Virus record (IMG/VR): IMGVR_UViG_3300033417_000020 | Location: 1-43,075 of that record | Origin: a virus | Taxonomy: Duplodnaviria; Caudoviricetes | DNA length: 43,075 nucleotides | Strand: one strand, 5' to 3' | Shown: positions 35,709-43,075 of the stretch, piece by piece | Layout of the letters: every line of letters starts with the position of its first letter | Numbering within the stretch: the stretch's first letter is position 1 | Position numbers and translations under genes: made by a program | Notes under the pieces: generated by a model | What the model saw: the letters and a program-made list of their open reading frames with translations, nothing else | What the model was told of the DNA's origin: nothing | The model's database searches: none

Positions 35709-36109
35709 GTCCTTGCCCGCTCTGCGGCGACACGGCGACGCCGCGCCTCACCTACCACCAGGGCGCGCCGGGAACCCCTGACGGGGTCGTGCATCAGAAC
35801 TGTGTCGTGTGCGGCCGCCACTGGCTGGAGCCGTGGGAGCCGCCACCCGCCCGCGCGTGCGGGTGGTGCGGGGCGGAAACGGTGCGCCGAATGTCGGTGC
35901 CCGCGCCGGAGGGCTGGGAGCCGGCCCGCGGGTGGCAGAAGGGGGACGCGCCGCTCGTCCTGGTGCCGGAGTGTGAGGGCTGTGCGCGGACGCGGGCGAT
36001 CGCCCAGCTGCGCGCGCGCCAGGAGAACCCGGCGATCCTGGACCGGGTGCGGGTGGCGGAAGCGGCGATGCTGGCGGAGGTGGGTGGGAGGACTGCCGCT
36101 GCAGCGTAG
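35705..36109 (+). CDS. Zinc-finger protein
   Basis: Four CxxC pairs (CPLC, CVVC, CGWC, CEGC). GTGA-coupled. Confidence 0.6.
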   Translation: MSPCPLCGDTATPRLTYHQGAPGTPDGVVHQNCVVCGRHWLEPWEPPPARACGWCGAETVRRMSVPAPEGWEPARGWQKGDAPLVLVPECEGCARTRAIAQLRARQENPAILDRVRVAEAAMLAEVGGRTAAAA

Positions 36110-36614
36110 CGGACCTGGTATGCGTGAGCCGTCCGTCTTGCGCGAATCTCGACGGTCGGTGCTCTGCCGGGGAAGCGAACAGCGTGGGTGACCGGCGACA
36201 GGCGTTCATAACGCAACGTCGGCCGGTTGATGCAGGGGTCACACCCGACCGCGCCCTGGCTGGTGGCGTAAAGCATCGGAGCGAGTAACGCACAGCTCGA
36301 GGGACGGGCAATGCCTCTAGGCCGAGGCGACGCGGTGAGTCAACGCGTGCGTGAAACCGGGGAGCGCGAGGACGCCCTTCACCAGCGTCCGGCCGATGCC
36401 CAGAGCTGCGCCGAGACGGACGAGCGCAGGCACCAGCCAACGTAGACACCCCAGGAAGGGGGCGGGGCTCATTCGGGAGCCGGAGTCAGTCCGCCCCCAC
36501 GTTGGGACCAGAGTACCGCCCCGGGGCTGGCCAGGACGCCGGTGGACGGCCGCGCCTGAGCCGTTGCGTGAGGGCTGCCGGCACGGCCCAGGGCTTCGAC
36601 CACCCGCTGCACCA
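36100..36614 (+). ncRNA. Candidate large structured non-coding RNA with tRNA-like termini
   Basis: The only ~500-bp gap in a tightly coupled operon. Many nested helices are visible, with terminal TGCAGCG/CGCTGCA followed by CCA and a TTCGA motif. Confidence 0.55.
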
Positions 36615-36626
36615 CGAGGACGACCC

Positions 36627-37256
36627 ATGACGACCGCGACCCGATCCGCCGCCCTGAAGTTGCCCCAGGTCCTCGCCGACCTGGACCTGAAGCTCGGCAA
36701 GGCGCTGAACGCGCCGCTCCGGGAGCTCTGGCCCGAGGGCGACAAGTTCCTGAAGGCCGAGCAGCCGGAGGAGATCGCCAAGATCCTCATCCGCACCCAT
36801 CTGCACGAGCGGCTCATCAACGCGAAGATCGCCTACCTGTTCCGGCCGGACATCCTGTCGCGCGGGGACTCGAAGCTCACCGTCGCGGCCAAGGCCAGCG
36901 GGCCGCTCGCCTTCCTCACCGGGATGGATTTCGTCGTCGCGTTCAATCACAAGCTCTGGCTGCGGCTGACGCCGGAGCAGCGCCTCGCCTGCGTCGATCA
37001 CGCCCTGTCCGCGTGCGAGCGGGATCCCGACTCGGGCGCCTACGCGGTCCGCCTGCCCGACGTCGCTGAGTACTCGGGCGTCGTGCAGCGGTGGGGCCTC
37101 TGGACGCCGCCGCTCCGCGGCTTCGGCGTGGCGATCGAGAGCGCGCAGCTGGAGATCTTCGTGCCGATGGAGCAGTTCGAGGACGCCGAGGAGGAGGATC
37201 CACCGCACGACCAGGCGGACGCCGAGCGCCGGCGGATCCAGCGGGGGGGCAAGTGA
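36627..37256 (+). CDS. Phage putative metallopeptidase family protein (degenerate HExxH)
   Basis: IAYLF, DFVVAFNHKLW..LTPEQRLACVDHALSAC, PDVAEYSGVVQRWGLW. SD GAGGA, ATG 36627. Confidence 0.65.
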   Translation: MTTATRSAALKLPQVLADLDLKLGKALNAPLRELWPEGDKFLKAEQPEEIAKILIRTHLHERLINAKIAYLFRPDILSRGDSKLTVAAKASGPLAFLTGMDFVVAFNHKLWLRLTPEQRLACVDHALSACERDPDSGAYAVRLPDVAEYSGVVQRWGLWTPPLRGFGVAIESAQLEIFVPMEQFEDAEEEDPPHDQADAERRRIQRGGK

Positions 37257-38854
37257 CCGCCGGCGCGGCTGTGCGGCCCACGCCGCAGACGTCTGCACCG
37301 ACGCCCCCGGGCGAGGTGCGACTGATCCCACTCACCGAGCTGTTCGAGTCACCCTGGAATCCGCGCAAGCACTTCGACCCGGCGAAGCTGCGCGAGACAG
37401 CCGAGTCCCTGCGCGTGAGCGGGCAGCTGACGCCGATCACCGTGCGGCCGTGGACGCACAAGGAGCGGGGCGACAAAGTCGCCACGCCGTACTACGAGAT
37501 CGGCGCCGGTCACCGGCGCTTCCGCGCGGCGCCGCTCGCCGGCCTGACGAGCCTCTTGGCCGTCGTGCGGCCGCTCGACGACGTCGCCTTCCTCGAGCTG
37601 CTGACGATCGAGAACAAGCAGCGCGAGGACGTGACGCCGCTCGACGAGGCCGCCGGGTTCCGGATGCTGATGGAGAAGGCCGGCTACGACGTCGCCAAGC
37701 TGGCCGCGCGCATCGGGCTCTCGATGAAGTACGTCTACGACCGGCTCAAGCTGCTGCAACTGCGCCCCGAGGCGAGAAAGCTCCTCGAGGACGGGACGAT
37801 CACCCCGGGCCATGCCATCCTCTTGGCCCGCTTGTCGCCAACGGATCAGCAGCGCGCGATCGGGAATCGGACGCGCAGCTGGCACGGGATCGATGGCGGC
37901 CTCTTCGAGACCGAAGACGCCGACGGCCTGGACTTGAAGGACGCGGTGAAGCCGCGCAGCGTGCGCGAGCTGCAACAGTGGATCCACGACAACGTGCGGA
38001 TGAAGCCCGAGACCGTGGATCCGTTCCTGTTCCCCGAGACCGTCCAGGTCCTGGCCGAGGCAAAGGAGACCAAGGACAAGGTCGTCCACATCACCTACGA
38101 GTACCGCGTTCCGGACGGCGCGCGAGACCCGAACGAGAAGACCTACGGGAAGGACGGCTGGAAGCGCGCCGACGGGCGCGAGCGGTCGAAGAAGTGCGAT
38201 CGCAGCGTCATCGGGCACGTCGTCGCCGGCCCGCACCAGGGCGACGCGTTCCGGGTCTGCGTCAACAAGAACCGGTGCAAGGTGCACTGGAAGGAGCAGG
38301 CGACCGCCTATGAGCGGCGGGAGAAGGCCGCCAAGGCCGAAGCCAAGCGTCAGCGCACGGCGGCGGCCAGCGGGAAGGCCCGGAAGGCGCCGGCGCCGTC
38401 GGAGCGCGAACGCGCGCAGGCCGCCGTCAACCGGGAGGCCACTGAGGAGGCGGCGCGCGAAGTCGAGCGCCTGCGTTGGGATAAGGCGACACCGGCCCTC
38501 CTCCAAGCCCTGGCCGATCGCATCGAGAATTGGGGCCAGCCCGGGGCGACGAGCCAGATCGGCAAGTACATCCTAAAGCATACCGATGCGGTCGCCGGCC
38601 GGAGTCGGAACCTCGAAAAGGTGATGAAGCCCGGGCGCTCGGCCGACGACTTCGTCCGGTACATCGCCTTCGTGAATGCTGGCGCGCAAGTCAAGAACGC
38701 CTATGACGCGGACGACATAACCGCCGAGCTGCAGCTGTTCGGTCTCGACGCCCAGAAGATTGTCGACCGGGTCGCGCCTAAGCCGACGTCGGAAAAGAAG
38801 CAGCCCGCCAAGAAGCCGGCGAAGAAGAAGGCGAAGAAGAAAGGGGGCCGCTGA
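37253..38854 (+). CDS. ParB/RepB/Spo0J family protein
   Basis: SPWNPRKHFD, GQLTPITVRP, YEIGAGHRRFRAA, IENKQREDVTPLDEA and HTH LAARIGLSMKYVYDRLKLL. Confidence 0.9.
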   Translation: MTAGAAVRPTPQTSAPTPPGEVRLIPLTELFESPWNPRKHFDPAKLRETAESLRVSGQLTPITVRPWTHKERGDKVATPYYEIGAGHRRFRAAPLAGLTSLLAVVRPLDDVAFLELLTIENKQREDVTPLDEAAGFRMLMEKAGYDVAKLAARIGLSMKYVYDRLKLLQLRPEARKLLEDGTITPGHAILLARLSPTDQQRAIGNRTRSWHGIDGGLFETEDADGLDLKDAVKPRSVRELQQWIHDNVRMKPETVDPFLFPETVQVLAEAKETKDKVVHITYEYRVPDGARDPNEKTYGKDGWKRADGRERSKKCDRSVIGHVVAGPHQGDAFRVCVNKNRCKVHWKEQATAYERREKAAKAEAKRQRTAAASGKARKAPAPSERERAQAAVNREATEEAAREVERLRWDKATPALLQALADRIENWGQPGATSQIGKYILKHTDAVAGRSRNLEKVMKPGRSADDFVRYIAFVNAGAQVKNAYDADDITAELQLFGLDAQKIVDRVAPKPTSEKKQPAKKPAKKKAKKKGGR

Positions 38855-38943
38855 TGCCGCGCGGCGTCTACGCTCACAAGCCAGGCCGTCAGGCCAGACC
38901 GACCGACCGACCGACCGACCGACCGACCGGGTGTCCCCGGTGA
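38854..38943 (+). CDS. Leader peptide / frameshifted N-terminus containing the (GACC)8 tract
   Basis: MPRGVYAHKPGRQARPTDRPTDRPTGCPR*. ATG overlaps the parB stop and TGA overlaps GTG 38940. Confidence 0.5.
   Translation: MPRGVYAHKPGRQARPTDRPTDRPTGCPR
38897..38928 (+). repeat. Simple sequence repeat (GACC)8
   Basis: Eight perfect tetranucleotide units read directly from the sequence. Confidence 0.97.
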
Positions 38944-39413
38944 GCGCGATTGATTGGCCGGCCATGCTCGCCCAGCTCGAGCAGCAGCGCATCCTGCTCG
39001 ATCAGGAACGTGCGGACGTCGACGCCGTGATCGAGACCGTGCGCCGGCGGGCGGGGCTCGTCGTGCCGGCCGGCCTTCGGCTGCCCCCGGCGCTCAACGA
39101 CGGCCCGAAGCGGAAGCCTGCGAAGGCTGCCGCAGCGAGCAACGGCAAGAGCAAGATCACGCCCGCACAGATCGCCACCATGCGCCGGTTGTTCGAGTCG
39201 GGCGCGTCGAGCGCGGAGATCTGCAAGGCCGCCAAAGTCACGGACGCGACGATCTACCGGCGCGCAAAGATGGAGGGCTGGAAGCGGCCGAAGGCCGAGA
39301 AGCCGCCGAAAGGGGAGCAGCTCTCGGGGAGCGTGCGGTGCAACCACTGCGGGACGATGACGGACTACGACCCCTGCAGGTCCTGCGGCAAGAAGCTCAC
39401 GCGGAAATGGTAA
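38940..39413 (+). CDS. HTH plus zinc-finger regulator
   Basis: Coiled coil, HTH MRRLFESGASSAEICKAAKVTDATIYRRAK and CNHC..CRSC. Confidence 0.7.
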   Translation: MSAIDWPAMLAQLEQQRILLDQERADVDAVIETVRRRAGLVVPAGLRLPPALNDGPKRKPAKAAAASNGKSKITPAQIATMRRLFESGASSAEICKAAKVTDATIYRRAKMEGWKRPKAEKPPKGEQLSGSVRCNHCGTMTDYDPCRSCGKKLTRKW

Positions 39414-39706
39414 AGAAGCGCCCAGGGCCCGCGGCGCAGGCTCCCTACGGCCACAAGTGCGCCGCTGAGGGCTGCGAGAAGATCGTGCCGAGCGACATGC
39501 TGATGTGCCGCAAGCACTGGTTCAAGGTGCCCAAGGATATCCGCGACCGCGTCTGGGCGAGTTACCGCGGCGGCATGGATGCCGAGTACGACGTGGCGGT
39601 CGCCGCCGCCGTCGACGCAATCCGCAAGCGCGAAGACGATGCCGAAGACGAGGGCGGCTACCACGACGAAGCCCCGCTTTTCGATCCCGAGGACGCTGGC
39701 CGGTGA
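39407..39706 (+). CDS. Small Cys/His phage protein
   Basis: HKCAAEGC...MLMCRKHWFKVPKDIR motif. Confidence 0.65.
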   Translation: MVKKRPGPAAQAPYGHKCAAEGCEKIVPSDMLMCRKHWFKVPKDIRDRVWASYRGGMDAEYDVAVAAAVDAIRKREDDAEDEGGYHDEAPLFDPEDAGR

Positions 39707-40284
39707 TCGTGCTCGACTGGATCGTGCGGCTCTGGCTCGCGGTGGCCTGGCTGACCATGACGGCGGTCGTGGCGCTCCTCGCGCTGCTGCTGTGGCCGTT
39801 CCTCCGCGCGGCCCCGCATCTGCCCCGTCGGGGGATCGCGCCGGTCGACAAGCGGCAGGCCCGGCTCGACGCCGGACTCTTGCCGCCCCCAGGCGACGGC
39901 TGCGGCTGCTGCGGCCAGGACTGCCCCCCAGGCGAGCTGTGGTGCTACGCCTGCCGCGGGCACGTCGGGAGCGAAGGCCAGCCGCACGACCGCACGTGGT
40001 ACGCGATGTATGGGGTCGACTGCCCCTACACGCCAGAGCCCGACCGGCCGATCGAGGAGACCCGCCTGATGCCCCGCGCCGAGCAGCGAGACCTAGGGGA
40101 CGAGGATCAGGTTGCCGAGGGGTTGGGCATGGAGGCGAGGCCGGTGCCTGCGTGGGAATGGGGCTCCGGTCCCAACGGCCGGCGCTACGTCCGCACCGCA
40201 TGGCCGTCGTGGACCACGCCGCTCGAGCTGCTGCCGCGCGCGGAGCGGGAGCTCTGGCGCGAAGCGGTGAAGGCGAGCCTGTGA
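39703..40284 (+). CDS. Membrane-anchored Cys-rich protein
   Basis: GTGA-coupled. N-terminal TM, CGCCG and WCYAC. Confidence 0.55.
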   Translation: MIVLDWIVRLWLAVAWLTMTAVVALLALLLWPFLRAAPHLPRRGIAPVDKRQARLDAGLLPPPGDGCGCCGQDCPPGELWCYACRGHVGSEGQPHDRTWYAMYGVDCPYTPEPDRPIEETRLMPRAEQRDLGDEDQVAEGLGMEARPVPAWEWGSGPNGRRYVRTAWPSWTTPLELLPRAERELWREAVKASL

Positions 40285-40604
40285 GCGCACCACGAATCGT
40301 CGATGCGATCGCCGCCGTGATGCTGGTGCTCGAAAAGAAGGACGCGCCCCGCCGGGATGTCGTGGCGGCGTTCGAGGGCGTGGCCCCTGAGCCCGACGAC
40401 TGGTGGTACGTCGTGGTGGTGCACGAGCACGACGATGAGTGGAACCTCTATCTCGTGTGGCCGGATGGCGACGAGACCGCGCCGGCCAGCGAGTACGACC
40501 GCGTGGAACGCGGGATGGTCGTCCGGGACCGTGGCAACTCTCTCTCGCAGCCCGAGGCGCTCTTCCAGGCGCTCGGTATGGCCACGGGCATCATCGATCA
40601 ATGA
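40281..40604 (+). CDS. Hypothetical protein
   Basis: GTGA/ATGA-coupled. Confidence 0.6.
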   Translation: MSAPRIVDAIAAVMLVLEKKDAPRRDVVAAFEGVAPEPDDWWYVVVVHEHDDEWNLYLVWPDGDETAPASEYDRVERGMVVRDRGNSLSQPEALFQALGMATGIIDQ

Positions 40605-40918
40605 GCGACTCGTCGCTGCAATTGGGATTCCAGGCCCTCGAGGAGACCGCGGCGCGCGAGGCGCATCAGCGGCTCCTTGCGCAGCTCGTGCCGATCGCCC
40701 AGGGCCTCGCGCGGATGCGACCCGAGGGCATCACCGTGGCCGACGTCCGCCGCGAAGCCGCGCGCTACGGCCTCGTGCCGGCGAGCGGGCCCGGCCGCGA
40801 GCTGAGCTTCCTCGGCGCCGTCATGCGGAGGGCGGGGCTCGTCGGCACCGAGGAGTTCCGGCGCAGCGACGTGGACGCCAGCCACGGGAACCTGCATCGT
40901 GTGTGGAAACGGCCATGA
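40601..40918 (+). CDS. Hypothetical protein
   Basis: ATGA-coupled. LSFLGAVMRRAGL...SHGNLHRVW. Confidence 0.6.
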   Translation: MSDSSLQLGFQALEETAAREAHQRLLAQLVPIAQGLARMRPEGITVADVRREAARYGLVPASGPGRELSFLGAVMRRAGLVGTEEFRRSDVDASHGNLHRVWKRP

Positions 40919-41463
40919 GTAAACGGAAAGCCCTGTCGAAGAAACTCCGGTTCACGGTCTTCGCCCGTGATGGTTTCCAGTGCCAATACTGTGGGCGGAA
41001 TCCTCCCGCTGTCATCCTGCAGGTCGATCATGTCGTGCCGGTTGTGGAGGGTGGGGAAGATACCGAAGACAACCTCATCACGTCCTGCCAGGAGTGCAAT
41101 CAGGGGAAGGGCCGTGACCCGGCCACACGCCCCCTGCGGCCTGCCGTTCCCGAGCGCAGTGCGCAAATCGCGGAAGCCGAGGAACAGCTCGCCGAGTACC
41201 GGAAGCTGCTCCAACAGCGGGCCTCGCGCGTCGAGGAGGACGTCGAGCTGATCGTTTCGCAGTACGAGGATATCGCCGGGGCACCCTGGACACTCACCGA
41301 ATCCGGGAAACAGAGCGTTCGCCAGTGGTTGCGGGACTGGACAGTCGAAGATCTAAGGGAGGCCCTCTCGATTGCCGTGGCGTGGCTCGGTCCCGGCAAC
41401 CAAGGGCTCTTCGCCTACGTTGGTGGCATTCTGCGGAAGTGGCGCACAGAAGGACGGCGGTAA
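40915..41463 (+). CDS. HNH endonuclease
   Basis: LRFTVFARDGFQCQYCG...LQVDHVVPVVEGGEDTEDNLITSCQECNQGK. Confidence 0.9.
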   Translation: MSKRKALSKKLRFTVFARDGFQCQYCGRNPPAVILQVDHVVPVVEGGEDTEDNLITSCQECNQGKGRDPATRPLRPAVPERSAQIAEAEEQLAEYRKLLQQRASRVEEDVELIVSQYEDIAGAPWTLTESGKQSVRQWLRDWTVEDLREALSIAVAWLGPGNQGLFAYVGGILRKWRTEGRR

Positions 41464-42285
41464 GTGGCGCGCGCCCGCTGGCTCAAGCCAGAGTTCTTCA
41501 CCGATCGCAAGATCTGCCAGGTCTCCGATCGGGCGGCGTTCGTGTTCTCCGCCATCTGGGTCGAGGCCGACGACGGAGGGGTAGCGCCCGGCGATGCCCA
41601 GGACCTGTTCGGCCGGCGGTTCATCAAGCGCGCCCGCTGGGGGTGGGACGTGACCGCCGTGGAGAACGCACTGGTCGAGCTCGAGAGCGCAAACCTCCTG
41701 CGGCGGTTCGAGCACCGCGGCGAGCCGTTCGTGCTGATTCCGGAGTTCGCCCGCAAGCAAGGGATCAAGCCGAAGCTGTGGCGGCACTTGGGCGAGGATC
41801 ACAGTGCCGTGGTGGACGAGGTTCTATCGCGTTCGAACGGGGCAGGACGGCAGACGAACGGCGTTTTACTGCCATCTACCCCTAAGCCGTTAGCCGTAGC
41901 CGGTAGCCATAAGCCGGAGCCAGAGCCGCAGCCGAAGCCGTTGCGCAGCGCAGCCGCACAACAGGCGTGGAACGAACTCATCCGGCAGGTGCCCGAGGCG
42001 TACCGGGATGCGATCGTCGGCCTCGTGCGCGCCGCTTCAAGCCCGGAGGCGGTGGTCGCCAGCATCCGGGCCGCTGGCCCCGATGGGGTCAATCAGTGCG
42101 CCCCAACCTGGGAGATCGTGGGGCGCGCCGTGCTCGAGCTTCAGGCGGCGGGTGGCGGCTTCTCACCGCTGCGGCTCGCGGCGTTCTGCCGGAAGCTGCT
42201 CGAGACCCCGCCGCCCGCGAAGGGCAAGGAGTACGAACGCATGGAGCAGGAGGCCCGGCGCCTCGAATCGCAGGCCGGCCGATGA
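41464..42285 (+). CDS. Phage replication initiator, allele B
   Basis: MARARWLKPEFFTD...ADDGG N-terminus of replisome-organizer-like proteins and a PEPEPQPKP linker encoded by AGCC-rich repeats. Confidence 0.75.
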   Translation: MARARWLKPEFFTDRKICQVSDRAAFVFSAIWVEADDGGVAPGDAQDLFGRRFIKRARWGWDVTAVENALVELESANLLRRFEHRGEPFVLIPEFARKQGIKPKLWRHLGEDHSAVVDEVLSRSNGAGRQTNGVLLPSTPKPLAVAGSHKPEPEPQPKPLRSAAAQQAWNELIRQVPEAYRDAIVGLVRAASSPEAVVASIRAAGPDGVNQCAPTWEIVGRAVLELQAAGGGFSPLRLAAFCRKLLETPPPAKGKEYERMEQEARRLESQAGR

Positions 42286-42911
42286 GGGGCACCCAGCTGT
42301 CCCGCGCGTACATGATGCTCGAGCTCGCGCGGCTGCTGCGCGTCCACAAGCGCCCCGCCTGGGCGCCTGACGACATCCAGGCCTTCGCCGGCGACTACGT
42401 CGCGATCTGCGATGACGTCTCGGCCGAACAGATGACCCAGGCGGTCACCAGCTACCTCAAGAGCTCGGCGCGATTCTTCCCGAAACCGGGCGAGCTCCGC
42501 GTACTGGCCCGCGACCAGCGCGGCCTCGACATCCCCGGCGCGGATCCGGAGTCCTTCGACGAGTGGATGCGCCGCGGCTGCGAGGACCAGCACGGCCGGT
42601 TCAGTCCCTGCCCCGCGTGCGGCCGGGCCTGGCAGGCCCAGCCCCGGGTGACCCTGGTGCACGACCACGCGCGCCACCGGGCGGCGGGGCTCCCCTGTAT
42701 CGGGAGCTGCGACGAGCCGACGTGCCTCGGCACCTACGCGGTGCCGCAGCGGTGCGCACCGACCGCGGTCAGTGCGGGCGAGGTCTGGGTGGCGCCGGGC
42801 AGCTGGACGTCGGACCTCCCGGCGCGCGCGAAGGATCCACGGCCGTCGTTGGAGCTCGTGACGGCGAGCCCGGCTCGCGAACGGGAACCCGGCGAGGAGC
42901 CGACGCCATGA
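42282..42911 (+). CDS. Helicase loader/inhibitor-like protein, allele B
   Basis: DDVSAEQMTQAVTSYLKSSARFFPKPGELR. Homologue of 414..980. Confidence 0.6.
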   Translation: MRGTQLSRAYMMLELARLLRVHKRPAWAPDDIQAFAGDYVAICDDVSAEQMTQAVTSYLKSSARFFPKPGELRVLARDQRGLDIPGADPESFDEWMRRGCEDQHGRFSPCPACGRAWQAQPRVTLVHDHARHRAAGLPCIGSCDEPTCLGTYAVPQRCAPTAVSAGEVWVAPGSWTSDLPARAKDPRPSLELVTASPAREREPGEEPTP

Positions 42912-43075
42912 GCGTCATGTCCGCGCGCCGCGGCCGGCGGCCGCAGTACACGGAGGCCGACGTGGCAGAGCTCCGCCGGCTGGCGCGCTGGTACGAGGCG
43001 ATCGCGGACGACTACGGCGCGGCGACCGGGACGACCAGCGATCGGGCGAAGCTGGCGGAGCTGTGCCAGCACGCG
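42908..43075 (+). repeat. Direct repeat copy 2 / partial second copy of ORF 977..1198
   Basis: Matches 977-1144 with 5 substitutions. Confidence 0.95.

Noticed and set aside
36100-36614. Canonical tRNA, tmRNA or group II intron
   Set aside because: The T-arm stem and spacing are non-canonical and there is no anticodon arm. There is no G3-U70 pair or evident tag ORF, no clear GUGYG 5' end and no RT/maturase. Kept only as an unclassified RNA candidate.
42908-43075. Physical direct terminal repeat or attL/attR
   Set aside because: The matching copy is internal (977-1144), lies in a CDS and is imperfect. A lambda-type terminase implies cos ends.

Overview
This window holds an apparently complete genome of a high-GC, lambda-like siphovirus. 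Its unit length is about 41.9 kb, because bases 977-1144 recur at 42908-43075. The gene order is: end of the replication module, RusA-like resolvase and an array of small coupled ORFs (1-4122); late genes with a TPR-glycosyltransferase, homing-type endonucleases and an FkbM methyltransferase (4193-8537); a cosQ-like site and lambda-type terminase, gpW-like protein and portal; inserted head accessory genes; a fused HK97-type protease-major capsid protein; a non-contractile tail with a -1 frameshifted chaperone; a reverse-strand lipoprotein moron; a lysis cassette; a divergent repressor/Cro-like switch; and an early operon (HNH nucleases, RecT-like protein, ParB-like protein, replication initiator and loader). 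I found no integrase, reverse transcriptase, CRISPR array or canonical tRNA. The moron lipoprotein suggests a Gemmatimonadota-type host, which is an inference. The most unusual elements are: (1) a ~515-nt highly base-paired intergenic RNA candidate with tRNA-like ends (36100-36614); (2) a stand-alone CheY-like receiver domain coupled inside the lysis cassette; (3) a (GACC)8 slippage tract in front of an HTH regulator; (4) small genes sharing a repeated 5' leader; (5) two different replication modules joined to the same downstream sequence; (6) related terminator hairpins directly before late genes. All product calls come from motif recognition by eye, without database searches.
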